64,000 bases of DNA from Auanema rhodensis (GCA_964057225.1 OZ059894.1:23436001-23500000), one strand, 5' to 3'. Shown: positions 41,701 to 56,400, numbered from the stretch's first letter. Translations and numbers: made by a program. The notes: generated by a model from the sequence alone, not told the origin.

Positions 41701-44700
41701 AAATTTACGTGAACTTTAATTTATGCTAATTAAATGTACACGTGATGTGCACTTAGTATGTAACTTGCTTCACGTGAAAGATAAAGAGATGCGGTTTTCA
41801 AAATTAGATTCCCCATGTCCATATTAGTCTAAAAACAAATTTTTATTGATATTGGTTCATGGTAACCATGACTTTGAAACTTACGTGAACTTTAATTTAT
41901 GCTAATTAAATGTACACGTGATGTGCACTTGGTATGTAACTCGCTTCACGTGAAAGATAAAGAGATGCGGTTTTCAAAATTAGATTCCCCATGTCCATAT
42001 TAGTTTAAACAAACTTTTATTGTTATTGGTTCAAGGTAACCATGACTTTGAATTTTACGTGAACTTTAATTTATGCTAATTAAATGTACACGTGATGTGC
42101 ACTTGGTATGTAACTCGCTTCACGTGAAAGATAAAGAGATGCGGTTTTCAAAATTAGATTCCCCATGTCCATATTAGTCTAAAAACAAATTTTTATTGAT
42201 ATTGGTTCATGGTAACCATGACTTTGAAATTTACGTGAACTTTAATTTATGCTAATTAAATGTACACGTGATGTGCACTTGGTATGTAACTCGCTTCACG
42301 TGAAAGATAAAGAGATGCGGTTTTCAAAATTAGATTCCCCATGTCTATATTAGTCTAAAAACAAATTTTTATTGATATTGGTTCATGGTAACCATGACTT
42401 TGAAATTTACGTGAACTTTAATTTATGCTAATTAAATGTACACGTGATGTGCACTTGGTATGTAACTCGCTTCACGTGAAAGATAAAGAGATGCGGTTTT
42501 CAAAATTAGATTCCCCATGTCCATATTAGTTTAAACAAACTTTTATTGTTATTGGTTCAAGGTAACCATGACTTTGAATTTTACGTGAACTTTAATTTAT
42601 GCTAATTAAATGTACACGTGATGTGCACTTGGTATGTAACTCGCTTCACGTGAAAGATAAAGAGATGCGGTTTTCAAAATTAGATTCCCCATGTCCATAT
42701 TAGTCTAAAAACAAATTTTTATTGATATTGGTTCATGGTAACCATGACTTTGAATTTTACGTGAACTTTAATTTATGCTAATTAAATGTACACGTGATGT
42801 GCACTTGGTATGTAACTCGCTTCACGTGAAAGATAAAGAGATGCGGTTTTCAAAATTAGATTCCCCATGTCCATATTAGTCTAAAAACAAATTTTTATTG
42901 ATATTGGTTCATGGTAACCATGACTTTGAAATTTACGTGAACTTTAATTTATGCTAATTAAATGTACACGTGATGTGCACTTGGTATGTAACTCGCTTCA
43001 CGTGAAAGATAAAGAGATGCGGTTTTCAAAATTAGATTCCCCATGTCTATATTAGTCTAAAAACAAATTTTTATTGATATTGGTTCATGGTAACCATGAC
43101 TTTGAAATTTACGTGAACTTTAATTTATGCTAATTAAATGTACACGTGATGTGCACTTGGTATGTAACTCGCTTCACGTGAAAGATAAAGAGATGCGGTT
43201 TTCAAAATTAGATTCCCCATGTCCATATTAGTCTAAAAACAAATTTGTATTGATATTGGTTCATGGTAACCATGTCTTTGAAATTTACGTGAACTTTAAT
43301 TTATGCTAATTAAATGTACACGTGATGTGCTCTTGGTATGTAACTCGCTTCACGTGAAAGATAAAAAGATGCGGTTTTCAAAATTAGATTCCCCATGTCC
43401 ATATTAGTCTAAAAACAAATTTTTATTGATATTGGTTCATGGTAACCATGACTTTGAAATTTACGTGAACTTTAATTTATGCTAATTAAATGTACACGTG
43501 ATGTGCACTTGGTATGTAACTCGCTTCACGTGAAAGATAAAGAGATGCGGTTTTCAAAATTAGATTCCCCATGTCCATATTAGTCTAAAAACAAATTTTT
43601 ATTGATATTGGTTCATGGTAACCATGACTTTGAAATTTACGTGAACTTTAATTTATGCTAATTAAATGTACACGTGATGTGCACTTGGTATGTAACTCGC
43701 TTCACGTGAAAGATAAAGAGATGCGGTTTTCAAAATTAGATTCCCCATGTCCATATTAGTCTAAAAACAAATTTTTATTGATATTGGTTCATGGTAACCA
43801 TGACTTTGAAATTTACGTGAACTTTAATTTATGCTAATTAAATGTACACGTGATGTGCACTTGGTATGTAACTTGCTTCACGTGAAAGATAAAGAGATGC
43901 GGTTTTCAAAATTAGATTCCCCATGTCCATATTAGTCTAAAAACAAATTTTTATTGATATTGGTTCATGGTAACCATGACTTTGAAATTTACGTGAACTT
44001 TAATTTATGCTAATTAAATGTACACGTGATGTGCACTTGGTATGTAACTCGCTTCACGTGAAAGATAAAGAGATGCGGTTTTCAAAATTAGATTCCCCAT
44101 GTCCATATTAGTCTAAAAACAAATTTTTATTGATATTGGTTCATGGTAACCATGTCTTTGAAATTTACGTGAACTTTAATTTATGCTAATTAAATGTACA
44201 CGTGATGTGCACTTGGTATGTAACTCGCTTCACGTGAAAGATAAAAAGATGCGGTTTTCAAAATTAGATTCCCCATGTCCATATTAGTCTAAAAACAAAT
44301 TTTTATTGATATTGGTTCATGGTAACCATGACTTTGAAACTAACGTGAACTTTAATTTATGCTAATTAAATGTACACGTGATGTGCACTTGGTATGTAAC
44401 TCGCTTCACGTGAAAGATAAAGAGATGCGGTTTTCAAAATTAGATTCCCCATGTCCATATTAGTCTAAAAACAAATTTTTATTGATATTGGTTCATGGTA
44501 ACCATGTCTTTGAAATTTACGTGAACTTTAATTTATGCTAATTAAATGTACACGTGATGTGCACTTGGTATGTAACTCGCTTCACGTGAAAGATAAAAAG
44601 ATGCGGTTTTCAAAATTAGATTCCCCATGTCCATATTAGTCTAAAAACAAATTTTTATTGATATTGGTTCATGGTAACCATGACTTTGAAATTTACGTGA

Positions 44701-47700
44701 ACTTTAATTTATGCTAATTAAATGTACACGTGATGTGCACTTGGTATGTAACTCGCTTCACGTGAAAGATAAAGAGATGCGGTTTTCAAAATTAGATTCC
44801 CCATGTCCATATTAGTCTAAAAACAAATTTTTATTGATATTGGTTCATGGTAACCATGACTTTGAAATTTACGTGAACTTTAATTTATGCTAATTAAATG
44901 TACACGTGATGTGCTCTTGGTATGTAACTCGCTTCACGTGAAAGATAAAAAGATGCGGTTTTCAAAATTAGATTCCCCATGTCCATATTAGTCTAAAAAC
45001 AAATTTTTATTGATATTGGTTCATGGTAACCATGACTTTGAAATTTACGTGAACTTTAATTTATGCTAATTAAATGTACACGTGATGTGCACTTGGTATG
45101 TAACTCGCTTCACGTGAAAGATAAAGAGATGCGGTTTTCAAAATTAGATTCCCCATGTCCATATTAGTCTAAAAACAAATTTTTATTGATATTGGTTCAT
45201 GGTAACCATGACTTTGAAATTTACGTGAACTTTAATTTATGCTAATTAAATGTACACGTGATGTGCACTTGGTATGTAACTCGCTTCACGTGAAAGATAA
45301 AAAGATGCGGTTTTCAAAATTAGATTCCCCATGTCCATATTAGTCTAAAAACAAATTTTTATTGATATTGGTTCATGGTAACCATGACTTTGAAACTAAC
45401 GTGAACTTTAATTTATGCTAATTAAATGTACACGTGATGTGCACTTGGTATGTAACTCGCTTCACGTGAAAGATAAAGAGATGCGGTTTTCAAAATTAGA
45501 TTCCCCATGTCCATATTAGTCTAAAAACAAATTTTTATTGATATTGGTTCATGGTAACCATGTCTTTGAAATTTACGTGAACTTTAATTTATGCTAATTA
45601 AATGTACACGTGATGTGCACTTGGTATGTAACTCGCTTCACGTGAAAGATAAAAAGATGCGGTTTTCAAAATTAGATTCCCCATGTCCATATTAGTCTAA
45701 AAACAAATTTTTATTGATATTGGTTCATGGTAACCATGACTTTGAAATTTACGTGAACTTTAATTTATGCTAATTAAATGTACACGTGATGTGCACTTGG
45801 TATGTAACTCGCTTCACGTGAAAGATAAAGAGATGCGGTTTTCAAAATTAGATTCCCCATGTCCATATTAGTCTAAAAACAAATTTTTATTGATATTGGT
45901 TCATGGTAACCATGACTTTGAAATTTACGTGAACTTTAATTTATGCTAATTAAATGTACACGTGATGTGCACTTGGTATGTAACTCGCTTCACGTGAAAG
46001 ATAAAGAGATGCGGTTTTCAAAATTAGATTCCCCATGTCCATATTAGTCTAAAAACAAATTTTTATTGATATTGGTGCATGGTAATCATGACTTTGAAAT
46101 TTACGTGAACTTTAATTTATGCTAATTAAATGTACACGTGATGTGCACTTGGTATGTAACTTGCTTCACGTGAAAGATAAAGAGATGCGGTTTTCAAAAT
46201 TAGATTCCCCATGTCCATATTAGTCTAAAAACAAATTTTTATTGATATTGGTTCATGGTAACCATGACTTTGAAACTTACGTGAACTTTAATTTATGCTA
46301 ATTAAATGTACACGTGATGTGCACTTGGTATGTAACTCGCTTCACGTGAAAGATAAAGAGATGCGGTTTTCAAAATTAGATTCCCCATGTCCATATTAGT
46401 TTAAACAAACTTTTATTGTTATTGGTTCAAGGTAACCATGACTTTGAATTTTACGTGAACTTTAATTTATGCTAATTAAATGTACACGTGATGTGCACTT
46501 GGTATGTAACTCGCTTCACGTGAAAGATAAAGAGATGCGGTTTTCAAAATTAGATTCCCCATGTCCATATTAGTCTAAAAACAAATTTTTATTGATATTG
46601 GTTCATGGTAACCATGACTTTGAAATTTACGTGAACTTTAATTTATGCTAATTAAATGTACACGTGATGTGCACTTGGTATGTAACTCGCTTCACGTGAA
46701 AGATAAAGAGATGCGGTTTTCAAAATTAGATTCCCCATGTCTATATTAGTCTAAAAACAAATTTTTATTGATATTGGTTCATGGTAACCATGACTTTGAA
46801 ATTTACGTGAACTTTAATTTATGCTAATTAAATGTACACGTGATGTGCACTTGGTATGTAACTCGCTTCACGTGAAAGATAAAGAGATGCGGTTTTCAAA
46901 ATTAGATTCCCCATGTCCATATTAGTCTAAAAACAAATTTGTATTGATATTGGTTCATGGTAACCATGTCTTTGAAATTTACGTGAACTTTAATTTATGC
47001 TAATTAAATGTACACGTGATGTGCTCTTGGTATGTAACTCGCTTCACGTGAAAGATAAAAAGATGCGGTTTTCAAAATTAGATTCCCCATGTCCATATTA
47101 GTCTAAAAACAAATTTTTATTGATATTGGTTCATGGTAACCATGACTTTGAAATTTACGTGAACTTTAATTTATGCTAATTAAATTTACACGTGATGTGC
47201 ACTTGGTATGTAACTCGCTTCACGTGAAAGATAAAGAGATGCGGTTTTCAAAATTAGATTCCCCATGTCCATATTAGTCTAAAAACAAATTTTTATTGAT
47301 ATTGGTTCATGGTAACCATGACTTTGAAATTTACGTGAACTTTAATTTATGCTAATTAAATGTACACGTGATGTGCACTTGGTATGTAACTCGCTTCACG
47401 TGAAAGATAAAGAGATGCGGTTTTCAAAATTAGATTCCCCATGTCCATATTAGTCTAAAAACAAATTTTTATTGATATTGGTGCATGGTAACCATGACTT
47501 TGAAATTTACGTGAACTTTAATTTATGCTAATTAAATGTACACGTGATGTGCACTTGGTATGTAACTTGCTTCACGTGAAAGATAAAGAGATGCGGTTTT
47601 CAAAATTAGATTCCCCATGTCCATATTAGTCTAAAAACAAATTTTTATTGATATTGGTTCATGGTAACCATGACTTTGAAACTTACGTGAACTTTAATTT

Positions 47701-50700
47701 ATGCTAATTAAATGTACACGTGATGTGCACTTGGTATGTAACTCGCTTCACGTGAAAGATAAAGAGATGCGGTTTTCAAAATTAGATTCCCCATGTTCAT
47801 ATTAGTCTAAAAACAAATTTTTATTGATATTGGTGCATGGTAACCATGACTTTGAAATTTACGTGAACTTTAATTTATGCTAATTAAATGTACACGTGAT
47901 GTGCACTTGGTATGTAACTCGCTTCACGTGAAAGATAAAGAGATGCGGTTTTCAAAATTAGATTCCCCATGTCCATATTAGTCTAAAAACAAATTTTTAT
48001 TGTTATTGGTTCATGGTAACCATGACTTTGAAATTTACGTGAACTTTAATTTATGCTAATTAAATGTACACGTGATGTGCACTTGGTATGTAACTCGCTT
48101 CACGTGAAAGATAAAGAGATGCGGTTTTCAAAATTAGATTCCCCATGTCCATATTAGTCTAAAAACAAATTTTTATTGATATTGGTTCATGGTAACCATG
48201 TCTTTGAAATTTACGTGAACTTTAATTTATGCTAATTAAATGTACACGTGATGTGCACTTGGTATGTGACTCGCTTCACGTGAAAGATAAAGAGATGCGG
48301 TTTTCAAAATTAGATTCCCCATGTCCATATTAGTCTAAAAACAAATTTTTATTGATATTGGTTCATGGTAACCATGACTTTGAAATTTACGTGAACTTTA
48401 ATTTATGCTAATTAAATGTACACGTGATGTGCACTTGGTATGTAACTCGCTTCACGTGAAAGATAAAGAGATGCGGTTTTCAAAATTAGATTCCCCATGT
48501 CCATATTAGTTTAAACAAACTTTTATTGTTATTGGTTCAAGGTAACCATGACTTTGAATTTTACGTGAACTTTAATTTATGCTAATTAAATGTACACGTG
48601 ATGTGCACTTGGTATGTAACTCGCTTCACGTGAAAGATAAAGAGATGCGGTTTTCAAAATTAGATTCCCCATGTCCATATTAGTCTAAAAACAAATTTTT
48701 ATTGATATTGGTTCATGGTAACCATTACTTTGAAATTTACGTGAACTTTAATTTATGCTAATTAAATGTACACGTGATGTGCACTTGGTATGTAACTCGC
48801 TTCACGTGAAAGATAAAGAGATGCGGTTTTCAAAATTAGATTCCCCATGTCTATATTAGTCTAAAAACAAATTTTTATTGATATTGGTTCATGGTAACCA
48901 TGACTTTGAAATTTACGTGAACTTTAATTTATGCTAATTAAATGTACACGTGATGTGCACTTGGTATGTAACTCGCTTCACGTGAAAGATAAAGAGATGC
49001 GGTTTTCAAAATTAGATTCCCCATGTCCATATTAGTCTAAAAACAAATTTTTATTGATATTGGTTCATGGTAACCATGTCTTTGAAATTTACGTGAACTT
49101 TAATTTATGCTAATTAAATGTACACGTGATGTGCACTTGGTATGTAACTCGCTTCACGTGAAAGATAATGAGATGCGGTTTTCAAAATTAGATTCCCCAT
49201 GTCCATATTAGTCTAAAAACAAATTTTTATTGATATTGGTTCATGGTAACCATGACTTGGAAATTTACGTGAACTTTAATTTATGCTAATTAAATGTACA
49301 CGTGATGTGCACTTGGTATGTAACTCGCTTCACGTGAAAGATAAAGAGATGCGGTTTTCAAAATTAGATTCCCCATGTCCATATTAGTCTAAAAACAAAT
49401 TTTTATTGATATTGGTTCATGGTAACCATGACTTTGAAATTTACGTGAACTTTAATTTATGCTAATTAAATGTACACGTGATGTGCACTTGGTATGTAAC
49501 TCGCTTCACGTGAAAGATAAAGAGATGCGGTTTTCAAAATTAGATTCCCCATGTCCATATTAGTCTAAAAACAAATTTTTATTGATATTGGTGCATGGTA
49601 ACCATGACTTTGAAATTTACGTGAACTTTAATTTATGCTAATTAAATGTACACGTGATGTGCACTTGGTATGTAACTTGCTTCACGTGAAAGATAAAGAG
49701 ATGCGGTTTTCAAAATTAGATTCCCCATGTCCATATTAGTCTAAAAACAAATTTTTATTGATATTGGTGCATGGTAACCATGACTTTGAAATTTACGTGA
49801 ACTTTAATTTATGCTAATTAAATGTACACGTGATGTGCACTTGGTATGTAACTCGCTTCACGTGAAAGATAAAGAGATGCGGTTTTCAAAATTAGATTCC
49901 CCATGTCCATATTAGTCTAAAAACAAATTTTTATTGATATTGGTTCATGGTAACCATGTCTTTGAAATTTACGTGAACTTTAATTTATGCTAATTAAATG
50001 TACACGTGATGTGCACTTGGTATGTAACTCGCTTCACGTGAAAGATAAAGAGATGCGGTTTTCAAAATTAGATTCCCCATGTCCATATTAGTTTAAACAA
50101 ACTTTTATTGTTATTGGTTCAAGGTAACCATGACTTTGAATTTTACGTGAACTTTAATTTATGCTAATTAAATGTACACGTGATGTGCACTTGGTATGTA
50201 ACTCGCTTCACGTGAAAGATAAAGAGATGCGGTTTTCAAAATTAGATTCCCCATGTCCATATTAGTCTAAAAACAAATTTTTATTGATATTGGTTCATGG
50301 TAACCATGACTTTGAAATTTACGTGAACTTTAATTTATGCTAATTAAATGTACACGTGATGTGCACTTGGTATGTAACTCGCTTCACGTGAAAGATAAAG
50401 AGATGCGGTTTTCAAAATTAGATTCCCCATGTCTATATTAGTCTAAAAACAAATTTTTATTGATATTGGTTCATGGTAACCATGACTTTGAAATATACGT
50501 GAACTTTAATTTATGCTAATTAAATGTACACGTGATGTGCACTTGGTATGTAACTCGCTTCACGTGAAAGATAAAGAGATGCGGTTTTCAAAATTAGATT
50601 CCCCATGTCCATATTAGTCTAAAAACAAATTTTTATTGATATTGGTTCATGGTAACCATGTCTTTGAAATTTACGTGAACTTTAATTTATGCTAATTAAA

Positions 50701-53300
50701 TGTACACGTGATGTGCACTTGGTATGTAACTCGCTTCACGTGAAAGATAAAAAGATGCGGTTTTCAAAATTAGATTCCCCATGTCCATATTAGTCTAAAA
50801 ACAAATTTTTATTGATATTGGTTCATGGTAACCATGACTTTGAAATTTACGTGAACTTTAATTTATGCTAATTAAATGTACACGTGATGTGCTCTTGGTA
50901 TGTAACTCGCTTCACGTGAAAGATAAAGAGATGCGGTTTTCAAAATTAGATTCCCCATGTCCATATTAGTCTAAAAACAAATTTTTATTGATATTGGTTC
51001 ATGGTAACCATGACTTTGAAATTTACGTGAACTTTAATTTATGCTAATTAAATGTACACGTGATGTGCACTTGGTATGTAACTCGCTTCACGTGAAAGAT
51101 AAAGAGATGCGGTTTTCAAAATTAGATTCCCCATGTCCATATTAGTCTAAAAACAAATTTTTATTGATATTGGTGCATGGTAACCATGACTTTGAAATTT
51201 ACGTGAACTTTAATTTATGCTAATTAAATGTACACGTGATGTGCACTTGGTATGTAACTTGCTTCACGTGAAAGATAAAGAGATGCGGTTTTCAAAATTA
51301 GATTCCCCATGTCCATATTAGTCTAAAAACAAATTTTTATTGATATTGGTTCATGGTAACCATGACTTTGAAACTTACGTGAACTTTAATTTATGCTAAT
51401 TAAATGTACACGTGATGTGCACTTGGTATGTAACTCGCTTCACGTGAAAGATAAAGAGATGCGGTTTTCAAAATTAGATTCCCCATGTTCATATTAGTCT
51501 AAAAACAAATTTTTATTGATATTGGTGCATGGTAACCATGACTTTGAAATTTACGTGAACTTTAATTTATGCTAATTAAATGTACACGTGATGTGCACTT
51601 GGTATGTAACTCGCTTCACGTGAAAGATAAAGAGATGCGGTTTTCAAAATTAGATTCCCCATGTCCATATTAGTCTAAAAACAAATTTTTATTGTTATTG
51701 GTTCATGGTAACCATGACTTTGAAATTTACGTGAACTTTAATTTATGCTAATTAAATGTACACGTGATGTGCACTTGGTATGTAACTCGCTTCACGTGAA
51801 AGATAAAGAGATGCGGTTTTCAAAATTAGATTCCCCATGTCCATATTAGTCTAAAAACAAATTTTTATTGATATTGGTTCATGGTAACCATGTCTTTGAA
51901 ATTTACGTGAACTTTAATTTATGCTAATTAAATGTACACGTGATGTGCACTTGGTATGTGACTCGCTTCACGTGAAAGATAAAGAGATGCGGTTTTCAAA
52001 ATTAGATTCCCCATGTCCATATTAGTCTAAAAACAAATTTTTATTGATATTGGTTCATGGTAACCATGACTTTGAAATTTACGTGAACTTTAATTTATGC
52101 TAATTAAATGTACACGTGATGTGCACTTGGTATGTAACTCGCTTCACGTGAAAGATAAAGAGATGCGGTTTTCAAAATTAGATTCCCCATGTCCATATTA
52201 GTTTAAACAAACTTTTATTGTTATTGGTTCAAGGTAACCATGACTTTGAATTTTACGTGAACTTTAATTTATGCTAATTAAATGTACACGTGATGTGCAC
52301 TTGGTATGTAACTCGCTTCACCTGAAAGATAAAGAGATGCGGTTTTCAAAATTAGATTCCCCATGTCCATATTAGTCTAAAAACAAATTTTTATTGATAT
52401 TGGTTCATGGTAACCATGACTTTGAAATTTACGTGAACTTTAATTTATGCTAATTAAATGTACACGTGATGTGCACTTGGTATGTAACTCGCTTCACGTG
52501 AAAGATAAAGAGATGCGGTTTTCAAAATTAGATTCCCCATGTCTATATTAGTCTAAAAACAAATTTTTATTGATATTGGTTCATGGTAACCATGACTTTG
52601 AAATTTACGTGAACTTTAATTTATGCTAATTAAATGTACACGTGATGTGCACTTGGTATGTAACTCGCTTCACGTGAAAGATAAAGAGATGCGGTTTTCA
52701 AAATTAGATTCCCCATGTCCATATTAGTCTAAAAACAAATTTTTATTGATATTGGTTCATGGTAACCATGTCTTTGAAATTTACGTGAACTTTAATTTAT
52801 GCTAATTAAATGTACACGTGATGTGCACTTGGTATGTAACTCGCTTCACGTGAAAGATAAAGAGATGCGGTTTTCAAAATTAGATTCCCCATGTCCATAT
52901 TAGTCTAAAAACAAATTTTTATTGATATTGGTTCATGGTAACCATGACTTTGAAATTTACGTGAACTTTAATTTATGCTAATTAAATGTACACGTGATGT
53001 GCACTTGGTATGTAACTCGCTTCACGTGAAAGATAAAGAGATGCGGTTTTCAAAATTAGATTCCCCATGTCCATATTAGTCTAAAAACAAATTTTTATTG
53101 ATATTGGTTCATGGTAACGATGACTTTGAAATTTACGTGAACTTTAATTTATGCTAATTAAATGTACACGTGATGTGCACTTGGTATGTAACTCGCTTCA
53201 CGTGAAAGATAAAGAGATGCGGTTTTCAAAATTAGATTCCCCATGTCCATATTAGTCTAAAAACAAATTTTTATTGATATTGGTGCATGGTAATCATGAC
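23760..53300 (+). repeat. HOR domain D: irregular, 8-mer-based HORs marked by a 174-bp variant monomer (boundaries approximate)
   Basis: The deletion monomer (…ATTAGTTTAAACAAACTTTTATTGTTATTGGTTCAAGGTAACCATGACTTTGAATTTT…) has its C137T at 24249, 27063, 29701, 31107, 32513, 33919, 35325, 37787, 39193, 39719, 42005, 42531, 46401, 48511, 50093 and 52203. Spacings are 16,15,8,8,8,8,14,8,3,13,3,22,12,9,12 monomers (each n x 176 - 2). Confidence 0.9.
28370..32560 (+). repeat. Three consecutive copies of an 8-monomer (1406-bp) HOR
   Basis: The G115A+ATTAATTC monomer occurs at 28447, 29853 and 31259 (+1406 each). Each is followed by the same ordered series of variants (A157T; C128T+AATGTTT; A3T; G55A+A157T; A3T; A70G; deletion monomer). 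A further partial copy starts near 35477. Confidence 0.9.
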
Positions 53301-53499
53301 TTTGAAATTTACGTGAACTTTAATTTATGCTAATTAAATGTACACGTGATGTGCACTTGGTATGTAACTTGCTTCACGTGAAAGATAAAGAGATGCGGTT
53401 TTCAAAATTAGATTCCCCATGTCCATATTAGTCTAAAAACAAATTTATATTGATATTGGTTCATGGTAACCATGTCTTTGAAGTTTACGTGAACTTTAA

Positions 53500-56400
53500 T
53501 TTATGCTAATTAAATGTACACGTGATGTGCACTTGGTATGTAACTCGCTTCACGTGAAAGATAAAGAGATGCGGTTTTCAAAATTAGATTCCCCATGTCC
53601 ATATTAGTCTAAAAACAAATTTTTATTGATATTGGTTCATGGTAACCATGTCTTTGAAATTTACGTGAACTTTAATTTATGCTAATTAAATGTACACGTG
53701 ATGTGCACTTGGTATGTAACTCGCTTCACGTGAAAGATAAAGAGATGCGGTTTTCAAAATTAAATTCCCCATGTCCATATTAGTCTAAAAACAAATTTTT
53801 ATTGATATTGGTTCATGGTAACCATGACTTTGAAATTTACGTGAACTTTAATTTATGCTAATTAAATGTACACGTGATGTGCACTTGGTATGTAACTCGC
53901 TTCACGTGAAAGATAAAGAGATGCGGTTTTCAAAATTAGATTCCCCATGTCCATAGTAGTCTAAAAACAAATTTTTATTGTTATTGGTTCATGGTAACCA
54001 TGACTTTGAAATTTACGTGAACTTTAATTTATGCTAATTAAATGTACACGTGATGTGCACTTGGTATGTAACTCGCTTCACGTGAAAGATAAAGAGATGC
54101 GGTTTTCAAAATTAGATTCCCCATGTCCATATTAGTCTAAAAACAAATTTTTATTGATATTGGTGCATGGTAACCATGACTTTGAAATTTACGTGAACTT
54201 TAATTTATGCTAATTAAATGTACACGTGATGTGCACTTGGTATGTAACTCGCTTCACGTGAAAGATAAAGAGATGCGGTTTTCAAAATTAGATTCCCCAT
54301 GTCCATATTAGTCTAAAAACAAATTTTTATTGATATTAGTTCATGGTAACCATGACTTTGAAATTTACGTGAACTTTAATTTATGCTAATTAAATGTACA
54401 CGTGATGTGCACTTGGTATGTAACTCGCTTCACGTGAAAGATAAAGAGATGCGGTTTTCAAAATTAGATTCCCCATGTCCATATTAGTCTAAAAACAAAT
54501 TTTTATTGATATTGGTGCATGGTAACCATGACTTTGAAATTTACGTGAACTTTAATTTATGCTAATTAAATGTACACGTGATGTGCACTTGGTATGTAAC
54601 TCGCTTCACGTGAAAGATAAAGAGATGCGGTTTTCAAAATTAGATTCCCCATGTCCATATTAGTCTAAAAACAAATTTTTATTGATATTAGTTCATGGTA
54701 ACCATGTCTTTGAAATTTACGTGAACTTTAATTTATGCTAATTAAATGTACACGTGATGTGCACTTGGTATGTAACTTGCTTCACGTGAAAGATAAAGAG
54801 ATGCGGTTTTCAAAATTAGATTCCCCATGTCCATATTAGTCTAAAAAAAATTTTTTATTGATATTGGTTCATGGTAACCATGACTTTGAAATTTACGTGA
54901 ACTTTAATTTATGCTAATTAAATGTACACGTGATGTGCACTTGGTATGTAACTCGCTTCACGTGAAAGATAAAGAGATGCGGTTTTCAAAATTAGAATCC
55001 CCATGTCCATATTAGTCTAAAAACAAATTTTTATTGATATTGGTGCATGGTAACCATGACTTTGAAATTTACGTGAACTTTAATTTATGCTAATTAAATG
55101 TACACGTGATGTGCACTTGGTATGTAACTCGCTTCACGTGAAAGATAAAGAGATGCGGTTTTCAAAATTAGATTCCCCATGTCCATATTAGTCTAAAAAC
55201 AAATTTTTATTGATATTGGTGCATGGTAACCATGACTTTGAAATTTACGTGAACTTTAATTTATGCTAATTAAATGTACACGTGATGTGCACTTGGTATG
55301 TAACTCGCTTCACGTGAAAGATAAAGAGATGCGGTTTTCAAAATTAGATTCCCCATGTCCATATTAGTCTAAAAACAAATTTTTATTGATATTGGTGCAT
55401 GGTAACCATGACTTTGAAATTTACGTGAACTTTAATTTATGCTAATTAAATGTACACGTGATGTGCACTTGGTATGTGACTCGCTTCACGTGAAAGATAA
55501 AGAGATGCGGTTTTCAGAATTAGATTTCCCATGTCCATATTAGTCTAAAAACAAATTTTTATTGATATTGGTGCATGGTAACCATGACTTTGAAATTTAC
55601 GTGAACTTTAATTTATGCTAATTAAATGTACACGTGATGTGCACTTGGTATGTAACTCGCTTCACGTGAAAGATAAAGAGATGCGGTTTTCAAAATTAGA
55701 ATCCCCATGTCCATATTAGTCTAAAAACAAATTTTTATTGATATTGGTGCATGGTAACCATGATTTTGAAATTTACGTGAACTTTAATTTATGCTAATTA
55801 AATGTACACGTGATGTGCACTTGGTATGTAACTCGCTTCACGTGAAAGATAAAGAGATGCGGTTTTCAAAATTAGATTTCTCATGTCCATATTAGTCTAA
55901 AAACAAATTTTTATTGATATTGATGCATGGTAACCATGACTTTGAAATTTACGTGAACTTTAATTTATGCTAATTAAATGTACACGTGATGTGCACTTGG
56001 TATGTAACTCGCTTCACGTGAAAGATAAAGAGATGCGGTTTTCAAAATTAGAATCCCCATGTCCATATTAGTCTAAAAACAAATTTTTATTGATATTGGT
56101 TCATGGTAACCATGTCTTTGAAATTTACGTGAACTTTAATTTATGCTAATTAAATGTACACGTGATGTGCACTTGGTATGTAACTCGCTTCACGTGAAAG
56201 ATAAAGAGATGCGGTTTTCAAAATTAGATTCCCCATGTCCATATTAGTCTAAAAACAAATTTTTATTGATATTGGTTCATGGTAACCATGTCTTTGAAAT
56301 TTACGTGAACTTTAATTTATGCTAATTAAATGTACACGTGATGTGCACTTGGTATGTAACTCGCTTCACGTGAAAGATAAAGAGATGCGGTTTTCAAAAT

